A DNA stretch of 64,000 bases from NCBI GenBank assembly GCA_000002445.1, contig CP000071.1, forward strand, positions 1,088,001-1,152,000, written 5' to 3'. Numbering within the stretch: position 1 is the stretch's first letter; each line of letters begins with the position of its first letter. Below, one piece after another: positions 1-8,056 of the stretch. Source of the DNA: Trypanosoma brucei. Its lineage: Eukaryota. The position numbers and the translations under genes were made by a program. The notes beneath the pieces were generated by a model that had not been told where the DNA came from, made no database searches, and was given only the letters and a program-made list of their open reading frames with translations.

Positions 1-656
1 CAAACCCGTCGAGATACATCGAGTGGAGGGTAAATAAGAGGTACAAACACACATCTCCAGGTGTATAGAGAGAAATGTGTTGACGCTCCATCGGTTACCA
101 TTGGCATCCAGCTCGAATGGAAAAAAAAAGATAGCCACAAAAAGATAGGGAAAAGAAAGACAAGGGACCACTAAATCCTTTCCATCACAAACAAAAAAGG
201 TGTAGTCTGGAAAAAAAAATAGAAGAACACAGACGAAGTTGCGGTAACAAAATATAAAATAAGGTGCTTTCCTGACCCCAATAGGAAAACAACAACAACA
301 TAAAGAAAAAATCCACAAACGATATAAAAAAATTTTTCACGTGATAAGAGGAGAAAACTAAAGTCACAACCAAAAAGAAAATTCATCCACCATATTTGCT
401 TGGGGGAAAATCACATCCACACATGCGCAGAATATAGTCCACCTGCTCATAGAAGAAAAAAAAAACAGCCATAATAAAAAATAAAAACGTCTTTTCAAAA
501 ATATAAAAAAAATAAAGTCATGGTAAATAGAATTACTTTGCTTCACGTTCCCCTCTTCAATCTCTCCCATCAAATAATTCTCTATTACTAGCAGTGTACA
601 TACAGACACTGGTTGGAAACATATTTCCATGTGTAGTATCAAAATTACATCATACA

Positions 657-674
657 TACACACACACACACACG
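657..674. repeat. (CA)n microsatellite in duplicated 3' flank (paralogous copy at 5032..5049, one unit longer)
   Basis: cacacacacacacacg, read directly from the sequence. Confidence 0.9.
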
Positions 675-839
675 CATGCCATTGAAGAGCGTAGGAAGGA
701 AGAGGTTGCGATGGAAGGGGCGTGTCACTAAACATGTAAAAAAAAATGGTCACCGCAGAAAACGATATAGAACTCCCATTTGTAAGCCGCAATGATGGAT
801 CGATTCAGATATTGGTGATGGAAGGGTTTCGATATGGTT

Positions 840-2765
840 CTAATTGGCTGTGGGTTCCCGCCGTCTGGGAGAATCATTAGAGGGGGCATGAACATCCTCC
901 GCCTTCTTTGTAATAGCTTTGCCGTTTTCGTCAAGAACATCACATATACGTGCCGCAGGTATCAGTAAAAACACAAGAGGAATGTTGATGAGTGGAGTGC
1001 CAAAGTGACCAAGAAGTAGAAGCCACTTCACATTACTGAAGTCGCATGGACCCACCGTAATGTCTGATTGCACATTCCATACGTATTCCATCAAAAGCCA
1101 TCCAAGTGTGTTGGAAAGAGAACGGCCAAAATTAGCGAATCCTGCAAGTAATGCATACACCATACTTTCAGACCCACGGGGACAGAGCCTCGAAATGAGC
1201 ATTACAGTTGGCATGAAGTGCATCATGTAGCACACCTGGTGTATAATTTGGTCACCAAGAACGAATACAACGTGATCGCTAACATACGGACGGTTCCATC
1301 GCTCCACAATGATTATATCAAAGATACTCGAAACTATCTCAATCAAAGTTGTTACGATGAATGTTAGGCGATAGCTGCGCTTTGAGAATACGTATCTGAA
1401 TAACGTCACACCAATAACACCACCCACAGCTCCAATCATATTACCCACAGTGCTGTAGTAAAAGTATGAAAAGTTAGGACCACCAGGGAAACAATCGGGG
1501 GTCGCCATGAAGACATTGTCGATTGCGCCAGGAAGTTGGATGTACGCGACCCTCGAGATGAATGTGAACATATTTGCCTTCGCGATCACAAGTGGAAGAG
1601 CAACGAAACCGAGTCCACAGAGTGTAAATGACGCCACAACACTGGTTATTAGCAGCTGCAACCTTGTGCCAAGGACTGTCACGAGAACCATACCGATGGC
1701 GCCAAGTGTGAGAAGCATGCAGTAAAACACAACCTTCTTGTTGCGAGCAAACACTTCTCGATTCACTTCAAAGGCACCACAGCAACAAGGTAGTATCCGT
1801 GCTCCGCCCTCACCCACTTCCTCGGTATCCGATGGATTGTCCAGTGAGCCACTTGTTGCTTCGCTCCCCTGTAACCTCGCGGCGTCGGCTTCACGCTCCA
1901 GCTGCTCTTCCCGAATAATCTTCAGGTCGTACGCACGTTCCTCTCGGTTCTTCCGTTCACCATACCAATTCAGCATGAAGAATATCGTCGGCACCAACTG
2001 CATCCCAGCAGAGATAAACACAGCCACTCGCTGCAACCTCTTATCGGTAAGTGGTCCTACAATGGAGGACGCAACAAGGGAACCAGTTAGAACGCACCAC
2101 CAAACCCAACTCACAAGCGATGGGCCCGCCAATGGGACGCGGCGAATCAAGCGACTGTAATGCCCTTGTGTGAGGATATCAAGGTTAGCCTTGGTAAACG
2201 ACGTCACAAAAACCAGTATTCCGGCCACCGGTACATACGACAACTCTCCGGGCAGTGAACCGTACACAATAGCGAGGGTGGAACCCACCACACAGGATAG
2301 AGCGAGGTACCATCGCTTCGTGTACCCAAATAACGCAAAGAGGTCACTGAACATAGCTGCAAACGGCTTCACTGCGTAACCAAATGTAACCAAGCTACTC
2401 ATTCGTTGGTAAAGCTTTGCATCAGCACCAAAGGTGTAGGTAAACATTGGAAAAAGTGTGGTTCGAATGATGTTGTCAGCAATTCCTTTGCCGAAGAGCT
2501 CGGAGAGGCCAAGGGCGAGGACACATCTCGGTCCGAACGCTTCCACAGCAGTGCCGAATACGGGAATGCTCCACACGCATGGCAGCTTTCGGAACAAGGC
2601 CCTTGCGTCAGGGTGTACAGGACGAGCATCCATTGTTTCCTCTGCAGAGAGTTTGTGAGTTGTACACTCAGCTTCGTGAGCTTGGGGTGCGGAATGTTGA
2701 GGTGGTTGGTCCTGGCATGCGTTCGGTGACGTGGTCATTGCTGGTACTCGAATATGTTCCCACAA
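840..2765 (-). CDS. Polytopic membrane transporter, copy A of a tandem pair; tentatively folate/biopterin transporter (FBT/BT1, MFS-like) family
   Basis: 641-aa uninterrupted ORF with about 12 hydrophobic segments and a hydrophilic N-terminus. It is 97-98% identical to the ORF at 5216..7141. The family assignment comes from overall architecture and remembered synteny, not from a verified motif. Confidence 0.55.
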   Translation of the reverse strand: MWEHIRVPAMTTSPNACQDQPPQHSAPQAHEAECTTHKLSAEETMDARPVHPDARALFRKLPCVWSIPVFGTAVEAFGPRCVLALGLSELFGKGIADNIIRTTLFPMFTYTFGADAKLYQRMSSLVTFGYAVKPFAAMFSDLFALFGYTKRWYLALSCVVGSTLAIVYGSLPGELSYVPVAGILVFVTSFTKANLDILTQGHYSRLIRRVPLAGPSLVSWVWWCVLTGSLVASSIVGPLTDKRLQRVAVFISAGMQLVPTIFFMLNWYGERKNREERAYDLKIIREEQLEREADAARLQGSEATSGSLDNPSDTEEVGEGGARILPCCCGAFEVNREVFARNKKVVFYCMLLTLGAIGMVLVTVLGTRLQLLITSVVASFTLCGLGFVALPLVIAKANMFTFISRVAYIQLPGAIDNVFMATPDCFPGGPNFSYFYYSTVGNMIGAVGGVIGVTLFRYVFSKRSYRLTFIVTTLIEIVSSIFDIIIVERWNRPYVSDHVVFVLGDQIIHQVCYMMHFMPTVMLISRLCPRGSESMVYALLAGFANFGRSLSNTLGWLLMEYVWNVQSDITVGPCDFSNVKWLLLLGHFGTPLINIPLVFLLIPAARICDVLDENGKAITKKAEDVHAPSNDSPRRREPTAN

Positions 2766-3083
2766 GTATGAATGTTTGTCGCTATCGTTGCTTTGGCTTC
2801 GACTTTATCTCCAGAACAAAATGGAAGGGTTACCTTTTCGATACAGCGGGTAGAGGACAACATAGTGGCAGCACAAGAGAGCGGTTGAAGGAAAGAAATC
2901 GCAATGAACATTGAGAACGGAATCAGGCCGTCAAATAGCGCGTGAAACCACTGCAGCACTTGCTGGTACCGTACGTCAACTGGATACAAAGCGCTTTGCG
3001 GTATTGTATAATGTTACGCTTTGAAAGAATATACGGATACAAAACGCCTTTAAACAGTTGTAGATGAGGGTAGCAGTTATATA

Positions 3084-4247
3084 TTAAACTATTCTCCGGT
3101 CACGCTTCGCCATGACGCGCAATGCAGTTGCGCATTTTGTGTGAAGTGAGAGTAATGTCAGCATGAGGGCACAACTCTCACGCAAATTATGAGTAACGGA
3201 ATTGTCTTCACATCGTGTAGGCGGTGCTACAGGTGATGCAATGGAAGGAAGAACATCGCATATCTTCCCCACATGCCGCAGCACTTCGCTGTCGATGGGT
3301 ATGCAGCTACCCTGCTGACTGGCGGTGAGATACTTGATGACTACAAGCACCTGTCGCCTTAACAAACGAAGGGAACGTTGCACCCGCAGCAGGCGCTCCC
3401 ATGCCGTCGAGTTGCCACTCACATCCACGGAACCAGTGGGAACTGCACAAATGCCGGCAGAGGAAGCGTCCAACCCGACCCTTGTTATATCATCGGTTTC
3501 ACAAACATGCCGCACCCTCACCAGCTCAACCGCGAGTTGCGGCTTTTGGGGCAGCCTTATCGTAACATGATTTCCATAGTTTAGAGCACCAATGGGAATC
3601 AGAGGAGAGACGCCGCCGAGGAATCGGGTGGTACTTTCAGGTGTGGTGGTGGGAGCATCCTGGCATTGGGAGTCGGTTAAGTGAAATTGACGGACCTTTA
3701 ATGCGTACATTCGGGAGGAGGCAAATCCCACGGACTCACTGGTGTCAACGATCAACGCAAGCAACACAGTGGAGGGATGGTCTTCAATAATCTCACGAAT
3801 TCCGGTGTCGAAAACTGCACACCATCGGGCAGCGTCACTCAAGTTGCATCCGACGGCATACCAGCCAACCACGTGTAACCCCGGTAACACGTTAGCAACC
3901 TGCTCCCGTTTGCGCTTCATCGCCGGCCAATCAAGGGCAGACACGGCTCCGCTCTGTGATGAGCAGCTGTCAACGGCTTCGAACGACGTCGTGACCTCGC
4001 ATTCGTACACATCCGAAACGCTCCCCAAAAGAATGCCGGCTGCATATCTCCTTGACAACCGCACCCCATCCACTTCACGCATTCCGCGCCGCACCCTTGC
4101 AGCGTGCTTGGTAATGCTTAGCACTACCTGGGGATGAACATGAACGTACGTCGAGACGGCACACAATTCCCCACGACGAGCAGCCATCATTGGCACCCTG
4201 TACTTGAAGCACCAAAACACACACAACCGCTTACTAGCAAATGCCAC
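3084..4247 (-). CDS. MPN (JAB1/Mov34) domain protein lacking the JAMM metalloprotease motif (eIF3f/h-, CSN6- or Rpn8-like scaffold)
   Basis: 387-aa ORF. The N-terminal MPN-like core runs VHPQVVLSITKH...GILLGS...VTTSFEA and includes HVVGWYAVG, where the canonical HxHx7Sx2D zinc site is absent. The true start may be the internal Met at about 4190. The gene sits between the two transporter copies. Confidence 0.45.
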   Translation of the reverse strand: MAFASKRLCVFWCFKYRVPMMAARRGELCAVSTYVHVHPQVVLSITKHAARVRRGMREVDGVRLSRRYAAGILLGSVSDVYECEVTTSFEAVDSCSSQSGAVSALDWPAMKRKREQVANVLPGLHVVGWYAVGCNLSDAARWCAVFDTGIREIIEDHPSTVLLALIVDTSESVGFASSRMYALKVRQFHLTDSQCQDAPTTTPESTTRFLGGVSPLIPIGALNYGNHVTIRLPQKPQLAVELVRVRHVCETDDITRVGLDASSAGICAVPTGSVDVSGNSTAWERLLRVQRSLRLLRRQVLVVIKYLTASQQGSCIPIDSEVLRHVGKICDVLPSIASPVAPPTRCEDNSVTHNLRESCALMLTLLSLHTKCATALRVMAKRDRRIV

Positions 4248-4922
4248 AACCCTCCGTCCGCGTTGTGCTTACGGCTGCCCCTGCGTGCTAACACCCCTTA
4301 ATGGATTCGCGGGCCACCTATTACTGATGTCGACTCACGCACAGTAATACGGGAGTAAAATTATTAATAAGGTAAAATTTGCATCTGAGGTCGAGGCCAG
4401 GCAAGTAAGACGGGGAAAAAATGCAGGAATGGAGAAGGTAGAAAGTATGGAGACACACATTCCACAGTGTAGTACTAACACGTACAGATGTCCATGCAGA
4501 ACAGATCGCTCTCCCGCTTCACTCCCTGAGGCTCGGTCGACCGAAAATACATAAATGCAACCATGCAACGTTCTCCTTTTGTAATGAAAGGGATCACCAC
4601 CCTCACAAGAACAACAACAAGGGAACATCACACCACGTCGCCACTTGTGTCATGCAGGTGCTTGTTCAAAAATCGACATATTCGATAACACAGGTTAATA
4701 ATATTCCAAACAAAACGAAAAAAACCATAAGCAAATACGCAAACTACGTACCTCTACCCTCGGTTCAGTTGTGGCAAGGCATTTAAACACAAAAACCGCA
4801 ATTTCAGACTTCAAAAAGGGAAGTATAATAAAAGTAAAAAAAACAAATTTATTTCATTACAAAAAGGGATAAAGTAAATATAATCGTTTCAAGGCCGCGA
4901 GCACAAACAAACAAACCAGCGC

Positions 4923-7211
4923 TCCCCTCTTCAATCTCTCCCATCAAATAATTCTCTATTACTAGCAGTGTACATACAGACACTGGTTGGAAACATATTT
5001 CCATGTGTAGTATCAAAATTACATCATACATACACACACACACACACACGCATGCCATTGAAGAGCGTAGGAAGGAAGAGGTTGCGATGGAAGGGGCGTG
5101 TCACTAAACATGTAAAAAAAAATGGTCACCGCAGAAAACGATATAGAACTCCCATTTGTAAGCCGCAATGATGGATCGATTCAGATATTGGTGATGGAAG
5201 GGTTTCGATATGGTTCTAATTGGCTGTGGGTTCCCGCCGTCTGGGAGAATCATTAGAGGGGGCATGAACATCCTCCGCCTTCTTTGTAATAGCTTTGCCG
5301 TTTTCGTCAAGAACATCACATATACGTGCCGCAGGTATCAGTAAAAACACAAGAGGAATGTTGATGAGTGGAGTGCCAAAGTGACCAAGAAGTAGAAGCC
5401 ACTTCACATTACTGAAGTCGCATGGACCCACCGTAATGTCTGATTGCACATTCCATACGTATTCCATCAAAAGCCATCCAAGTGTGTTGGAAAGAGAACG
5501 GCCAAAATTAGCGAATCCTGCAAGTAATGCATACACCATACTTTCAGACCCACGGGGACAGAGCCTCGAAATGAGCATTACAGTTGGCATGAAGTGCATC
5601 ATGTAGCACACCTGGTGTATAATTTGGTCACCAAGAACGAATACAACGTGATCGCTAACATACGGACGGTTCCATCGCTCCACAATGATTATATCAAAGA
5701 TACTCGAAACTATCTCAATCAAAGTTGTTACGATGAATGTTAGGCGATAGCTGCGCTTTGAGAATACGTATCTGAATAACGTCACACCAATAACACCACC
5801 CACAGCTCCAATCATATTACCCACAGTGCTGTAGTAAAAGTATGAAAAGTTAGGACCACCAGGGAAACAATCGGGGGTCGCCATGAAGACATTGTCGATT
5901 GCGCCAGGAAGTTGGATGTACGCGACCCTCGAGATGAATGTGAACATATTTGCCTTCGCGATCACAAGTGGAAGGGCAACGAAACCGAGTCCACAGAGTG
6001 TAAATGACGCCACAACACTGGTTATTAGCAGCTGCAACCTTGTGCCAAGGACTGTCACGAGAACCATACCGATGGCGCCAAGTGTGAGAAGCATGCAGTA
6101 AAACACAACCTTCTTGTTGCGAGCAAACACTTCTCGATTCACTTCAAAGGCACCACAGCAACAAGGTAGTATCCGTGCTCCGCCCTCACCCACTTCCTCG
6201 GTATCCGATGGATTGTCCAGTGAGCCACTTGTTGCTTCGCTCCCCTGTAACCTCACGGCGTCGGCTTCATGCTCCAGCTTCTTTTCGCGAATAATCTTCA
6301 GGTCGTACGCACGTTCCTCTCGGTTCTTCCGTTCACCATACCAATTCAGCATGAAGAATATCGTCGGCACCAACTGCATCCCAGCAGAGATAAACACAGC
6401 CACTCGCTGCAACCTCTTATCGGTAAGTGGTCCTACAATGGAGGACGCAACAAGGGAACCAACCAAAAGGCACCACCAAACCCAACTCACAAGCGATGGG
6501 CCCGCCAATGGGACGCGGCGAATCAAGCGACTGTAATGCCCTTGTGTGAGGATATCAAGGTTAGCCTTGGTAAACGACGTCACAAAAACCAGTATTCCGG
6601 CCACCGGTACATACGACAACTCTCCAGGCAGTGAACCGTACACAATAGCGAGGGTGGAACCCACCACACAGGATAGAGCGAGGTACCATCGCCTCGTGTA
6701 CCCAAATAACGCAAAGAGGTCACTGAACATAGCTGCAAACGGTTTCACTGCGTAACCAAATGTAACCAAGCTACTCATTCGTTGGTAAAGCTTTGCATCA
6801 GCACCAAAGGTGTAGGTAAACATTGGAAAAAGTGAGGATCGAATGATGTTGTCAGCAATTCCTTTGCCGAAGAGCTCGCAGAAACCAAGGGCGAAAACAA
6901 ACTTCGGTCCGAACGCTTCCACAGCAGTGCCGAATACGGGAATGCTCCACACGCATGGCAGCTTTCGGAACAAGGCCCTTGCGTCAGGGTGTACAGGACG
7001 AGCATCCATTGTTTCCTCTGCAGAGAGTTTGTGAGTTGTACACTCAGCTTCGTGAGCTTGGGGTGCGGAATGTTGAGGCGGCTGGTCCTGGCATGCGTTC
7101 GGTGACGTGGTCATTGCTGGTACTCGAATATGTTCCCACAAGTATGAATGTTTGTCGCTATCGTTGCTTTGGCTTCGAGTTTATCTCCAGAACAAAATGG
7201 AAGGGTTACCT
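4923..7211. repeat. Tandem segmental duplication, unit B
   Basis: Direct alignment with 549..2835. Similarity is lost at both ends (4922/548 and 7212/2836). Confidence 0.9.
5216..7141 (-). CDS. Polytopic membrane transporter, copy B of the tandem pair (same family as 840..2765)
   Basis: 641-aa ORF collinear with copy A. It differs in a clustered patch, for example PRCVLALGLSE vs PKFVFALGFCE and REEQLEREADAAR vs REKKLEHEADAVR. The conserved downstream flank includes a (CA)n repeat. Confidence 0.55.
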   Translation of the reverse strand: MWEHIRVPAMTTSPNACQDQPPQHSAPQAHEAECTTHKLSAEETMDARPVHPDARALFRKLPCVWSIPVFGTAVEAFGPKFVFALGFCELFGKGIADNIIRSSLFPMFTYTFGADAKLYQRMSSLVTFGYAVKPFAAMFSDLFALFGYTRRWYLALSCVVGSTLAIVYGSLPGELSYVPVAGILVFVTSFTKANLDILTQGHYSRLIRRVPLAGPSLVSWVWWCLLVGSLVASSIVGPLTDKRLQRVAVFISAGMQLVPTIFFMLNWYGERKNREERAYDLKIIREKKLEHEADAVRLQGSEATSGSLDNPSDTEEVGEGGARILPCCCGAFEVNREVFARNKKVVFYCMLLTLGAIGMVLVTVLGTRLQLLITSVVASFTLCGLGFVALPLVIAKANMFTFISRVAYIQLPGAIDNVFMATPDCFPGGPNFSYFYYSTVGNMIGAVGGVIGVTLFRYVFSKRSYRLTFIVTTLIEIVSSIFDIIIVERWNRPYVSDHVVFVLGDQIIHQVCYMMHFMPTVMLISRLCPRGSESMVYALLAGFANFGRSLSNTLGWLLMEYVWNVQSDITVGPCDFSNVKWLLLLGHFGTPLINIPLVFLLIPAARICDVLDENGKAITKKAEDVHAPSNDSPRRREPTAN

Positions 7212-7827
7212 CGTTTTACTTTCACTATTGATTATGTTTCGTCGCCTCTTCCTCTTATTTTTTGATACTTATATGTTTATTTTTTGAGTTGTTAGTTTTA
7301 TTCTGTAACTTCTCCGTTATCCCCGTTGAGAGTGAACTGTTATTTAAAAATGTTTGTCCTGTTGCCGCTTTTTAGACATTTTCATTCACTTTTTTTGTGA
7401 CTTGGCAACCTTTTTCTTGTTACAAGTTTAGGTACACAGCCGGAGGTGTTTGTAATATTGCTGATTGTTTCAAGTTGCTGTACTCTTATTTTTTTTATTC
7501 GTTAGCAATGTTGTTTGCCTTCTTCTCTCTCGTCTCCTTTTTGTTGGTGCCCTTTGTTGGTTTTATTTGCCACTGTCTTTCTCTCCCTATTTTTTTTTTT
7601 GAAATGTATTAAAGTATCTACTCTCTCTAAGGAAGGTGCTCTGGGGATGAGAGAAAGAGAGAAAAGTAACTGCAAACCTTTATTTGAACTTCCAGTAACC
7701 AGTGAGGCGTGACTGAGAGGAGGAGGTTAAATTACACGCGGACATGCACAATACATTCGTTAACGTCAGCCACCATATCGTTAAGACAGCGAACGGAGTT
7801 GCGTAGGTGAGGAGTGTTGGTGTTGCA

Positions 7828-7857
7828 TTTTTTTTTTTTTTAGGGGGGGGGAGGGCG
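7828..7857. repeat. T14 followed by G9-A-GGG homopolymer block (C-run/A-run on the coding strand)
   Basis: tttttttttttttaggggggggggaggg. A similar G10-13 run is at 60777..60790. Confidence 0.85.
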
Positions 7858-8056
7858 ACGGTGACTACTCTTCTTTTTCTCCTCTTTAGTATTGAGCTTG
7901 GGATCAATGCTAACCTCCTCAGAAAACCGAACAGACAACATGCCATACTGTCACGTGACTGGAGGTTGAATCGCCGAAAAAAAGAAAACACAGCAGAAAC
8001 GGATCTCGCTTTTTTTTTAAAAAAAAAGAAAAGAACAAAAAAAACTCGCTGAGGCA

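Larger units (their letters stand above)
549..2835. repeat. Tandem segmental duplication, unit A (transporter gene plus about 290 bp downstream flank plus about 70 bp upstream flank)
   Basis: Nearly identical over about 2.29 kb to 4923..7211 (offset 4374-4376 bp), with a one-unit (CA)n length difference. Confidence 0.9.

Noticed and set aside
7828-7857. G-rich block as telomere-like or G4-forming regulatory element
   Set aside because: It is a single T14/G9 homopolymer pair with no TTAGGG periodicity. It is equally likely a slippage-prone spacer homopolymer and is recorded only as a repeat.
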